IMG/VR virus record: IMGVR_UViG_3300014204_000114
Coordinates: 1 to 64,000 of that record
DNA from: a virus
Lineage: Duplodnaviria > Caudoviricetes
Length of the DNA stretch: 64,000 bases
Direction: 5' to 3' (one strand)
Part shown: positions 1 to 9,685 of the stretch, one piece after another
Layout: each line of letters begins with the position of its first letter
Numbering within the stretch: the stretch's first letter is position 1
Notes under the pieces: generated by a model
The model's input: the letters and a program-made list of their open reading frames with translations, nothing else
What the model was told of the DNA's origin: nothing
The model's database searches: none
Made by a program: the position numbers and the translations under genes

Positions 1-3000
1 ATAGATGGACCGCCGCCTCCTAAAATACCACCACCCTCAACAAACTTGGCAAAGCCCTTAGTCAAGTAATCCTTAACTGCTACATCACGAGCTAAAAGAA
101 CTTCATTATTAACATTATTACTTAGAGTCCTAAGAGTTCTATCTCTTAAGCCTTTATCTTTGATCCTAAAAAATACAGGCGCATCAGCATCAAGATCCAT
201 ACTTAAGCCGCCCATCAATCCAGACAAAACACCCTCTCCAAATATACTTGATCTATAACGAATAGTATCTTCCAGACCTGATATGAACGTACTAGAAGCT
301 CCTGGATACGATGTTTTGGCTAATGCTTTTATATCAGAGAATAACGCAAATGGAGTATCTGCGGCGGCTGGCATTAATTCGGAACTAATGACCCTGACTT
401 TCGTAGGCTGTAGACTTGTATAACCTTGGACTGGGTGGCGTTCCAAAAGCTGTGCTTCTTCCAAGTACCCTTGATTATAAAGTTTCTGGATATTCCTTGT
501 CATCTCATTCATGGATATATCGCCGCTTTCTACCATCTGCCTAAGCTGTTCTTTATATAACGACTCGGACATATTAACAGTTCTAGCTTCTTCGAGTAGA
601 AGTTTAGTGAATGTTTCAGCCGTAGACCCTTTAGCTTTCCCGGCTAGTATCTTAGCGTTTATTTTATTCATGTCAGCTTTGATCCCGGCAATATCCATAT
701 CTTTAGGCTGAGCCTGAATTTGCACCGAACCTATGATCTTTTCAGCCGCAAGGCCCCTTGCTTTCTTGCCCGCGACTCTTTGACCACCTATATGTAAAGC
801 GTATTGAGTCTCTAACTCTTTCTTTAGAGAGCTTATACTCTTGGACGCATCCTTATCATCCATCATGTCTTGGACTACAGATCTATAAGATTTTAGTATG
901 TCTGTCTCTAAAGGAACTCCGCCTTCACCCTGAGTCATTACTCCGCCTATGTCTTTTAGAGGAGCAAGCAGAATAGAGTTGTTTTTAGAGTTAATTCTAA
1001 GCCATTTGTCTCCCTGATGTCGCGCAAATAAATATCTTTCACCGGCGGATGTGGATAGTTCGGAAGCCTGTATCTTGGAAACATCTACTACTTCTTCCGT
1101 GACACCTTCAAGAACAGTCTTATTATCTATCCCATTGATCATAGACTTTAAGGCTCTTCTCGAACGATAATGCTGTTCCGAATTAGATACTCTGGATTGG
1201 ACATCTTCGACCAATTCGCTCTGTAATCCTTCAAACATAGGATTGACTTTTAGGGCAAGCCACGATCTAGGCTCAAATGATCCCATCCTACCAACGCCCA
1301 TTTCCATAATAGTCTCGCCGGGAGTCGCGTAGTTTAATCCTCTGCCTACGCCTTTAGACATATGAGTCATCGCTATGTAAGCTTCTGCTTCTGGATTCGC
1401 CGCGCCGGATATCTTATACCCTTCCGTTAACGAGCCTAATATGTCTTTGTAGTAAGTGCTCCTAGCCATAGCGTCATCAGTTATACCATAATGTGCTTTA
1501 ATTGCCCCCAAATGAGTAGAGCTTTTCTGGCCTAAAAATGCACCAAGCATACCGACGTCTTGTCTTGAGGCTCCTATAGAACCAGCATGATACATTATAG
1601 CTTTCTCTAGTTCTATACCTCTGTCAGCTCCACCTTTAAGAGTGCTCGGGAGACTATTAATTAATCTTCCGTACTGGTTAAAATCGTCTTTGACGGCACC
1701 TAAATCAGACATTAATGCGGCTGCTCTTTTTGAACTACCCGTAGCCATAATACTGCTAGTCAAGTTATACAATTCAGAAAGCATAATACTATGAACAGAG
1801 CGTCTACGCTTAAGGACTTCTTTCATGCTTGTTAGGGCTTCTGTCCCCGCAAGGTATTTTTGTTCTCCCGTAGATAGACCCTGTATATCGAGAGGCGAGA
1901 AAAATTCCTTTATAGATATTCCGTGACCCTTCCTATGCACCGTCTCTGAGATGTGTTCTATATCCATACGTAATGCCGCACCGGATTCGCCAGGAATTAT
2001 AGACAGTCTTTTAATGTTCATCTTCTCGTAAGGCTTCACTACTAAAGCTTCTTCTGCGAGATTAGTGTCAGCTATCATTTTGGATCTGATAAATTCTACG
2101 GGGTTCTTCTCTAAACCAGCGGACTGATATCCAACAGCCATCCTTTCCGGGTTTGTAGAAGAGCCGCCTAAAACATTACCAAGGTCGAATCCATCTTCGA
2201 ACAGGATCTCTGCATTAGCATAATTTATATCCCTTACTCCAAGTTGAGCTTTCATAGCGGGAGTAAGAGAGGTTTTCTTCTGTATGATGTTTGATAGAAG
2301 TTCTAAATTCTTATTTAAGCCGTAACCTTCGGATCCTAGAAGAAGATCTTTATGGACTGATTTTGCTGAGGTAAATACCTGACCGCCACTTAACGCGGTT
2401 TCGAACCTCTGAGATGTACCTTTCTGGAGAACTCTAGTAACGCCTTCAGGAGCATAACTTCTTAAAGCGTCAGGAATAGCCATAGCCTGTTTATATCTCT
2501 GAGAGACAATACCTTCCGAACGCCAATCTAACATCCTCAAAAGTTCTTCAGACGTATTATTAGTTTCGGCTATATAAGTCGAGTAAAGCTGTAAGGGTGA
2601 GTTGTTAGAGTTTATGTATTTCCAGTCTGCTGTTGGGGCAAATCTCCCAAATCTATTAAAAGCCGTCCCTTCGATTTTTGCCAGAGCTGTATTACTATCT
2701 GTTACCCAAGCGGCTTTCCTGAACTGCCTATGAGGTCTCATATGAGAAGGAAACATTTCGTAGCCGACATCTTCTACGAATGGGGCTCCTCTGGATCCAA
2801 ACATTACCATGCCTCTACCAGCCTGAGTTGGAGACTGTGCTACAAAATGGAACTGAGGAGCTCGCTTACCACTTTTGTATTTGATTGGATCGCCGCCTAA
2901 AAGTCCTCTCTTAAGTTCGTCTAAAGAAGAGGTCTTCATAGGGTCTATCTGCTCTCTTATGGTCTTTGCCGCAGAGAATTTATTCGTATTTATCACTGCC

Positions 3001-4310
3001 GCCTGCTGCCTATATATCTTTTCTTGGGTTTTCCATTCTGGGCCATACCCGCTTATGGGCTGACTAAACGAATACAGATACTCTCTAAAGGCTGCTGTCT
3101 CTCTTTCTGCAGAGACCTTAAATGACGAGGATAAAGTTCCATCAGGTCTAAGATGTTCTTGTCTTAAGAAATCAAGTCTTGGGACTAGCATCTTTTCTGT
3201 AGTATGAGCGACAAACTCATTCCAGTTCATAGCCTGTTTAGAAGCTAAGTCTACGAATAATCCAGGAGCAACTCTTCTGGTAGCCATATGCCCAGAATAA
3301 AATATACTGCCTTTAGAAACAGGAACAGACATAGTTAAAGGATTTGCTAGTCCGGCTACATTAATACCCATTTTAAATTCGAAGGCTTTTGTTGATCCTT
3401 TCTTCATTTGGATAAGCGCCGTAGAGATATCTCTTGTCCGCCATTCCGCCTTTTCTACAGGAGCAATAGAAACAGTATTAGATTTCCCCATTCCCCCATA
3501 TAAACCTTTTATGCTATCTATGGTTTTAGAGAAGATTGCTTTATTGGCTGCCACGGCTGTACTTTTTAAAGATGACTGATAAGACCTAACTAAGCCTAGC
3601 TGATTAAGATCCGGGGCAGAGGAAGCGACCATAGACCCCGACTCAACTGAGCCTCCCATAGCTTGGAGGTTAGATACATACTTCTTAAAGACTGATTGAT
3701 ATACGTCCGCCGAGATGCCAAGACTGGTTCCTAAAGACGAATGTAGCTCCTGCAGGATTTGATTAAAGTGAAGATTCTTGCCTTCTAACGCTCTGAATGT
3801 TTCTCCTATAGTAGAGGGACTATTAGCGTTTAGGTGACCTGTCTGGATTAATGTATTTTTGAATATGTCCTTAAGTGTGCCTTCTGATAAGTTCCCCACA
3901 TTTTGTACAGAACCGAACATATACGCTATAGCTTCATTAGCTTCAGTATAGTTAAGACGATTCAAATTCATCTTATTTATACCAGCGGCTACGTTTGTAT
4001 AATCCATGCCTTGTAGCTTCTCTACGAATCTAGATGTATTACTTGCAATACCCTGCCCTTTTAACGACTTAAATCCTGAGTATATTCTTGAGGTTATCTC
4101 TGCTTGTTCATTAGCTGAGACTTTAGAATTTATATAGTTTGTGCCGCCGATTATATTGGACGCTTTTTGGGCAGTTCCTTTTAATATCGGCATCATCTTA
4201 TAGCCGGTATACCCCAGACCTCCAATCAAAGGAAGAGTCACGGCTAAGTCAGCCGCGTAGTTCCTATGAATCTTTACTTCCTGGTTGTCTATATCAGCCG
4301 GTCTATACAT
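1..4310 (-). CDS. Giant (>=1436 aa, C-terminus outside window) virion protein with two-barrel RNA polymerase-like motifs
   Basis: ATG at 4310 after AGGATAAAGG. The frame (MYRPADIDNQEVK...) is open in every segment I translated and no minus ORF is listed here, consistent with it running off the window. Contains LLERHPVQGYTSLQPTKVRVI (RHP 432-440) and SMDLDADAPVFF (DLDAD 183-197). The CDS is secure; the RNAP call is inference. Confidence 0.75.
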   Translation of the reverse strand, partial: MYRPADIDNQEVKIHRNYAADLAVTLPLIGGLGYTGYKMMPILKGTAQKASNIIGGTNYINSKVSANEQAEITSRIYSGFKSLKGQGIASNTSRFVEKLQGMDYTNVAAGINKMNLNRLNYTEANEAIAYMFGSVQNVGNLSEGTLKDIFKNTLIQTGHLNANSPSTIGETFRALEGKNLHFNQILQELHSSLGTSLGISADVYQSVFKKYVSNLQAMGGSVESGSMVASSAPDLNQLGLVRSYQSSLKSTAVAANKAIFSKTIDSIKGLYGGMGKSNTVSIAPVEKAEWRTRDISTALIQMKKGSTKAFEFKMGINVAGLANPLTMSVPVSKGSIFYSGHMATRRVAPGLFVDLASKQAMNWNEFVAHTTEKMLVPRLDFLRQEHLRPDGTLSSSFKVSAERETAAFREYLYSFSQPISGYGPEWKTQEKIYRQQAAVINTNKFSAAKTIREQIDPMKTSSLDELKRGLLGGDPIKYKSGKRAPQFHFVAQSPTQAGRGMVMFGSRGAPFVEDVGYEMFPSHMRPHRQFRKAAWVTDSNTALAKIEGTAFNRFGRFAPTADWKYINSNNSPLQLYSTYIAETNNTSEELLRMLDWRSEGIVSQRYKQAMAIPDALRSYAPEGVTRVLQKGTSQRFETALSGGQVFTSAKSVHKDLLLGSEGYGLNKNLELLSNIIQKKTSLTPAMKAQLGVRDINYANAEILFEDGFDLGNVLGGSSTNPERMAVGYQSAGLEKNPVEFIRSKMIADTNLAEEALVVKPYEKMNIKRLSIIPGESGAALRMDIEHISETVHRKGHGISIKEFFSPLDIQGLSTGEQKYLAGTEALTSMKEVLKRRRSVHSIMLSELYNLTSSIMATGSSKRAAALMSDLGAVKDDFNQYGRLINSLPSTLKGGADRGIELEKAIMYHAGSIGASRQDVGMLGAFLGQKSSTHLGAIKAHYGITDDAMARSTYYKDILGSLTEGYKISGAANPEAEAYIAMTHMSKGVGRGLNYATPGETIMEMGVGRMGSFEPRSWLALKVNPMFEGLQSELVEDVQSRVSNSEQHYRSRRALKSMINGIDNKTVLEGVTEEVVDVSKIQASELSTSAGERYLFARHQGDKWLRINSKNNSILLAPLKDIGGVMTQGEGGVPLETDILKSYRSVVQDMMDDKDASKSISSLKKELETQYALHIGGQRVAGKKARGLAAEKIIGSVQIQAQPKDMDIAGIKADMNKINAKILAGKAKGSTAETFTKLLLEEARTVNMSESLYKEQLRQMVESGDISMNEMTRNIQKLYNQGYLEEAQLLERHPVQGYTSLQPTKVRVISSELMPAAADTPFALFSDIKALAKTSYPGASSTFISGLEDTIRYRSSIFGEGVLSGLMGGLSMDLDADAPVFFRIKDKGLRDRTLRTLSNNVNNEVLLARDVAVKDYLTKGFAKFVEGGGILGGGGPS

Positions 4311-4320
4311 CCTTTATCCT

Positions 4321-7300
4321 TTAAAAGCTAGAAACCATTCTAGCAGTTCTATTTCTAGCTTCATCTCTACTATCATGCCTAGCTCTATTATACGCTCTTC
4401 CTATGTTTATATCAACGCTATTGCCAGAAGGAGATCTAGAAGAAAGTAACTTAACGTTCGCGCCGGATATGCCTTCAGCGTTAAACAGATAGTCTTTCAT
4501 TTCTCTTACTAATTGTGTAGGGGATCTTCCATCCGAACTTTTCATTATCTCGTCCATAGCCATATTGTTGACCACTGGCTTATAGGGTAAAGATCTGGCC
4601 CTTTTATCCCATAACGAGAACTGGTGATGATCATAACCTTGCTCTTCTACGAACTTCAGTTTAACGTCGTCAAGATCTACAGCCGGATGGAACCCAACAA
4701 AAGATGGAGAAGGTAGAGAGTTCTGAGCGAAGTATTCGTCTGTCTGCCCGCGGCTATATTTGTTATATAAGTCAGCCTTTAGCTGGACCTTCTGTATAAA
4801 ATCCTGAGCCCCCTGCACATCCTTAATCGAGCCGTTTTCTATACCCATCTGTATAGCCTGAGCGTCAGCCACTTCCCAACGAGCACGATAGAAGTCTCTC
4901 ATCTGTTTCGGTACCGCCCGGATTATTCTCTTTCTGTCAGCTTCATCAGTAGCACTCGCAAACTCGTTGAAGTACTTCTTCTCCTCGGGAGCTATAGCTC
5001 TAAAAGCTTGGTACTTAGCCATAGGCTCGTAAGGATTTAATCCAGTAACGCTTTCTTTCGCCATAGCGTAGTATCTTTTAGAAGCCTCTAAATCACCTAT
5101 TTCTTTAGATGCGGTAGAAAGAGCTTGATACTTCTCATATTTTAACTTATCGAAATACTCGTTAATTCTGTCCTTTTCTTTAACATCGTCGGGACGGTCA
5201 TTCATACCAAAGGCATGACGCATGGCAGTAACAGTCGGAGATAAGAAGTCCCTTACGGGGTGTCCCCAAAATGCATTCTGGCTTCCCCAGACATTAAATC
5301 TCTCGTACTCTTCTATAGAGGTTCTAGTATGAGTGAATTTAGATAAAGGAGAAAGCGGCGTTGCAAACATTGCCGGAGTTTCAGCTACGTCATATAACGT
5401 CTTCCAGTACCAACCAAATAGAGACCCCTTCCTTGCGTTTCTTTCCGCCGAGGTAGAGTTCGTTATTTCGTAAGCCTGCTGAGACATGAACTGAGATACT
5501 GCAGAACTCATGCTCCCTGATAGAGGATAAAATTCAGACTCGTATCTATCATTAGCCATCTTGTCGGCTATATCCGCAACTTCAAGTTCTCTGTCCGAAA
5601 GTAGCTGTCTTGTTCTTAGTTTCTTTACTTCGCCTCTATAGTACTTGAACTGCTCGCTACTTGCAGCAACATTAGCCAGAATATGATATCTATAAACTGT
5701 GGGATAATCTTCCGGATCTACGCCTTGTAATTCAGGGAAGAAGGACTCATATCCACCACCGGGTAGAACAGCATCGCCCCAATTAACCTTCTTATAAGGA
5801 TCGCCGGTTTTAAAGTTTTTGTGGTACTCTTCCCCAGGCATCCATTGAGGTTGGCTGTTTTCGATTGGATTGTATCTATCTACATTCCTCTCAGAAGTAT
5901 AGAAACGTCTTATAAACTCGGTTGTGCCAGGATCTCCAAAATCCCATCTCCAGAAGTTGCCAACTGAAGATGTCATCCTATTAGAATCATCCATAATTAG
6001 AGAGTCGTTCATAAATTGTTGGCTTCCGGTTATGCGCTCTTGAATAGTTTGCGCCATAAAGCCCGTCAAACCAACAACATCTTCCACTTTATTTAACGTC
6101 TCGTCTAATTGATATCCTAGATTTCCCGGTTCAATTGGAACGCCCATCTGGCCGCCGTATTCCATTAACGCGCCGCCAGTACCGCCTGCTCCCCCAGGAC
6201 CACCCCAATCCTCCTGATGCATATATGCAGAAGGCCTAAAAACCTGACCTATAGTAGCAGATAAAACCCCGCCAATAATAGGCACGTCAGAGAAAGCCCC
6301 GCCCACATAAGGATAAGGTCTATCCCAATAATGCTCTATCTGATAGTCATAAGTAAAGTTCTTTTTGTACCATCTGGTGACTGGAGAGTCATCTCCGTAG
6401 AGGGTTTGTTCGTCAGGTCTATGTCGAAGTATAGCAAGCATATGAGGTCTATAATACTGATTATAGTCACCTTCAAAAGCATTCCTACCAAACAGCCACC
6501 AGCGTCCTCTTTTTACAGGAACCCATTCTTCTCCGGAATAAACAGCTTCTTTTTCTTCTGCTGTTTTACTAGGTAATAACGCGCCGGGCAAGAACGGTAA
6601 TACTAAAGCCGCGCCTACCAAAGCCCCTATCTTAGCCATGCCTGCTACGCGGGAGCCATATCTTATAACCTTGTTTCCTTCTATGATCTTGACTTGGTCT
6701 GCGAGAGTGCCACCGCTAAGAGTCTTTGTACCTCTTAAGATTTCTAACTCTTGGTCTGTAAGGGTGACTTTTTTAGGCTCGCCTAGTATCTTACCTATTA
6801 TAGGAGTGTCTTTAAATCTCTCATAGAAGGACTTGTTCTGCTGCCATTCCCATTGTGCTATTTTTTCAGCTGCTTTGTCCGCGCCAGCTATTGAATTATC
6901 AGCCATGAATCTGGCTAATTGAGCTTGCCTTTTGATTCCTCCATACATTGCCCCAACAAGACCGAATTCGAGAGGGAATCCTGCCAGCTTTAGTATGTCT
7001 GTGCTGCCGGGAGCTTTACTTTCCTGCCAATCTCTATAAGGTTTTAGAGGAGAAAGAAGTTTCGAATAAGTAATACTAAGGCCGCCTAACGCATCTCCAA
7101 CCCCGGAAGAATACCCAGAGTTGAACATGCTTGTCATGCCGCCAAGTGCCCCTAATGCTGCTAATCCAACACTTCCATACTTAACTGTTTTCCATGGTAA
7201 TTGTAATAAGCCGCCGGCAAGTAATCCTACAGCAGCTCCGCCAACAGCACCCCCAACCATAGCAACAGGTCCAGCTTCCTGTTGAGCTCTCCACCAATCC

Positions 7301-8430
7301 CACTGCTGATAGCCAGTATGCGCCGCGGCAAGACCTACAGCCTTACCTACTATACGGAGAGCTATCATTCCAGGAGGACCGGATTTAACTCCAAGTCCTT
7401 GAGGACCAAGTATCTTACTTAGTCCAGGGAAGAAATCTACAGGACTCTTAGCTAGTCTGTTAAACCTCTCAAGTTGCTCTGTAAAGAATGTAGAGACAAA
7501 GGCTTTTCTATCTTTAAGCACTACGAATGGGTTACGATACTTTACGGATGTGCCGCCTTCTTTTTCTAACCAGTAAGGAGCACCGCCGTATGCCCACGGA
7601 GCGCCAGGTAAATTAACGTTTGTAAATGCCTTCCCGCCAAATCCAAGAGTCTTAGCGAGAGCTTCCCCAACTCCAAAAAACCCAGTCCCAGCGACTCTCT
7701 TCTCAGCTATCCTCACGCCTTCAGCTATTGTATCTAGTTCTTTTGAGAGTCTGCCGGTTTTGAAGTTAAAGATGCCAAATTGTAAGGTGCCTTTTTGCCC
7801 GGCTCCGCCAGCTTTAAAATATACGCCAAAAGCTTCATCCGCAGTTGTTGTGTACTTGCTTCTATAATGCTTTGTGATATCTTCGAGGCTTCCAAACTTC
7901 TCGCCTTTGCCTACTAAAATATCTTTCCATATATGCTTTTCGCCAGCGGAAGGAGTGTACTTTAGCTGTTTTTCGTAATTAGAAGAACCTACGGAACTTA
8001 GGATTGAGCTTGTGACGTCTCCTGTAATAGAAGACATCGGAACGAATCTGGACGTAGCTGAGGCTCTGGAAGTGAACTGGGATAAATATTCAGACCCGCG
8101 GAAGGTTCGTCCTAAATACATAGGACTCATTTCTTCAGCGTAGGTAACTAGGTTGTTTAAGTAGTCAAAACCAGTCTTGCCAGTTTTGCCTATTTGCATC
8201 GGGAGAGCATATTTGCCGGCGCCATAAACAGCCGCTCCAAATGCACCCATTTTCAGGATGTTACTTAGGGGGCTATGACGAGGAGTTTGTTCTTGTGTAG
8301 AGAAACCGTAATTTTTATTTACTGGAGGGCCGGAAGAATTAACAAAAGCACTATAAGAGAATCCTCCTATGCCACTTTCATCAAAAGCGGCTGGATAATT
8401 CAGCCTATAAAAATTATCATTTACTGCCAC
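4321..8430 (-). CDS. 1369-aa tape-measure-like / ejected virion protein
   Basis: Directly downstream of the tail chaperones; several Gly/Ala-rich hydrophobic segments; helical C-terminal half. Confidence 0.6.
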   Translation of the reverse strand: MAVNDNFYRLNYPAAFDESGIGGFSYSAFVNSSGPPVNKNYGFSTQEQTPRHSPLSNILKMGAFGAAVYGAGKYALPMQIGKTGKTGFDYLNNLVTYAEEMSPMYLGRTFRGSEYLSQFTSRASATSRFVPMSSITGDVTSSILSSVGSSNYEKQLKYTPSAGEKHIWKDILVGKGEKFGSLEDITKHYRSKYTTTADEAFGVYFKAGGAGQKGTLQFGIFNFKTGRLSKELDTIAEGVRIAEKRVAGTGFFGVGEALAKTLGFGGKAFTNVNLPGAPWAYGGAPYWLEKEGGTSVKYRNPFVVLKDRKAFVSTFFTEQLERFNRLAKSPVDFFPGLSKILGPQGLGVKSGPPGMIALRIVGKAVGLAAAHTGYQQWDWWRAQQEAGPVAMVGGAVGGAAVGLLAGGLLQLPWKTVKYGSVGLAALGALGGMTSMFNSGYSSGVGDALGGLSITYSKLLSPLKPYRDWQESKAPGSTDILKLAGFPLEFGLVGAMYGGIKRQAQLARFMADNSIAGADKAAEKIAQWEWQQNKSFYERFKDTPIIGKILGEPKKVTLTDQELEILRGTKTLSGGTLADQVKIIEGNKVIRYGSRVAGMAKIGALVGAALVLPFLPGALLPSKTAEEKEAVYSGEEWVPVKRGRWWLFGRNAFEGDYNQYYRPHMLAILRHRPDEQTLYGDDSPVTRWYKKNFTYDYQIEHYWDRPYPYVGGAFSDVPIIGGVLSATIGQVFRPSAYMHQEDWGGPGGAGGTGGALMEYGGQMGVPIEPGNLGYQLDETLNKVEDVVGLTGFMAQTIQERITGSQQFMNDSLIMDDSNRMTSSVGNFWRWDFGDPGTTEFIRRFYTSERNVDRYNPIENSQPQWMPGEEYHKNFKTGDPYKKVNWGDAVLPGGGYESFFPELQGVDPEDYPTVYRYHILANVAASSEQFKYYRGEVKKLRTRQLLSDRELEVADIADKMANDRYESEFYPLSGSMSSAVSQFMSQQAYEITNSTSAERNARKGSLFGWYWKTLYDVAETPAMFATPLSPLSKFTHTRTSIEEYERFNVWGSQNAFWGHPVRDFLSPTVTAMRHAFGMNDRPDDVKEKDRINEYFDKLKYEKYQALSTASKEIGDLEASKRYYAMAKESVTGLNPYEPMAKYQAFRAIAPEEKKYFNEFASATDEADRKRIIRAVPKQMRDFYRARWEVADAQAIQMGIENGSIKDVQGAQDFIQKVQLKADLYNKYSRGQTDEYFAQNSLPSPSFVGFHPAVDLDDVKLKFVEEQGYDHHQFSLWDKRARSLPYKPVVNNMAMDEIMKSSDGRSPTQLVREMKDYLFNAEGISGANVKLLSSRSPSGNSVDINIGRAYNRARHDSRDEARNRTARMVSSF

Positions 8431-9202
8431 GTTTCGTTATTCTTTTGACTCCCTTTCTAGGAGCTTCGTCAATTGGCTTACCCGCCGCCCTTGCCATTTC
8501 TATCCTCTTCTGTAACTTTCTCATATGCAACTCTTCGTTGAAGTTCTCAGAAGTCCAATCCGGACCATACTTTTCTATCATGAATTCAGAGTCTATTTCA
8601 GCTGCCAGTTTCTCTTCGTCTGCTGTTCTTTTTCTTATCCCAAGTTCCTGCTTAAGGATTGCTTCTTCTCTTTTAGCTCTGGCCTTATCGGGTTTCTTAG
8701 GAGTTTCTTCTAGAGACTGGAAGACTAAAGGCTCGCCCAATTCTCCTGTTTTTAGAAGCATAAACTCCGCGGCGGTAGCCAGTCTGACTATATCCATCCA
8801 TGACATGACTTTTAAGTCTTCTAGTTTGTACGGATAAACCTGACAAATAAGACTCGATAGTTGTACAAACGGATCACTTTGGTATTCCGCCCTACCCATA
8901 TTCAGTTGTTCGTTCAGGCCGCCAGCGTCCATAGGAATAGCAGACAGATACATAATTACGTCGGCAACCGTGGATATAATTCCAGCCGGAAGAACATCCT
9001 TTATATTCTTTATTGTATCATCTAATACGCATAAATCAAAGACTTTATCTTCGGCTTCTAAAGGCGTGAATAGATTAGAGAATAAAGCCCCCTGGAGGGA
9101 CTTAGTTTCTTTATAAGTAAGTAGCCTCCAGGGAACAGCTATATTACCTTCAAATACGATAATATAAGTAGGAGTTAAAGTTTCAAATATCTTATCGAAC
9201 AT
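8417..9202 (-). CDS. Tail assembly chaperone-like protein (paralog of 9206-9625)
   Basis: Position; shares W-x-x-L-x-x-K-E, CV and AG-x-I-x-T motifs with the upstream gene. Confidence 0.6.
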   Translation of the reverse strand: MFDKIFETLTPTYIIVFEGNIAVPWRLLTYKETKSLQGALFSNLFTPLEAEDKVFDLCVLDDTIKNIKDVLPAGIISTVADVIMYLSAIPMDAGGLNEQLNMGRAEYQSDPFVQLSSLICQVYPYKLEDLKVMSWMDIVRLATAAEFMLLKTGELGEPLVFQSLEETPKKPDKARAKREEAILKQELGIRKRTADEEKLAAEIDSEFMIEKYGPDWTSENFNEELHMRKLQKRIEMARAAGKPIDEAPRKGVKRITKRGSK

Positions 9203-9205
9203 ACG

Positions 9206-9625
9206 TTACATCGCAACAACCATCCGGAGTGCAAGCTGGGTAGGAATGAAGTGAGATGCCGCGTATATAGATTCAAGAAGCGTCGGTATTGTACCGGCCT
9301 TACCTTCGAGTATACTCTCATCCGTAAACTTAGGCCAAATAACGCACTTCTTAACTACTTCAGCGTCCCTATCAAATTGCTTACCTTCAGCCTGTGCCTG
9401 GGCGGCTGCTGTTTCGATTTCGATATGTTCTTTTCTCCGGAGGGTTTTCCAGACGTAGATCTCATTGACGTCAAGAGGCATAACATATACATTACCATAT
9501 GCTTTCTTCCATTCATCTATGACTTCTTTGGTGGGCGCCCCGGGGATTTTAGCGAGAGCTTCGTAGATAGCTCCCTGATCATTTGCTTCCATACTTTCCT
9601 GTGTCATTTCTTTTTCTTCTGCCAT
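9206..9625 (-). CDS. Tail assembly chaperone
   Basis: Acidic 139-aa protein between the tube genes and the long tail gene; AAGGAG RBS. Confidence 0.65.
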   Translation of the reverse strand: MAEEKEMTQESMEANDQGAIYEALAKIPGAPTKEVIDEWKKAYGNVYVMPLDVNEIYVWKTLRRKEHIEIETAAAQAQAEGKQFDRDAEVVKKCVIWPKFTDESILEGKAGTIPTLLESIYAASHFIPTQLALRMVVAM

Positions 9626-9656
9626 TCTAGTTCTCCTTTATGTTAGGTTTTTATTC

Positions 9657-9685
9657 ATTATAGCATCATTCTATTTTTTGTGCAA
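9657..9685 (-). promoter_or_regulatory. sigma70-type promoter TTGCAC-17-TATAAT with extended -10 TG
   Basis: Minus strand ttgcac...tgcTATAAT upstream of the RBS of the gene starting at 9625. Confidence 0.6.

Noticed and set aside
4150-4210. Suspected frameshift near the start of the giant ORF
   Set aside because: Re-reading shows a continuous frame (GYTGYKMMPILKG)
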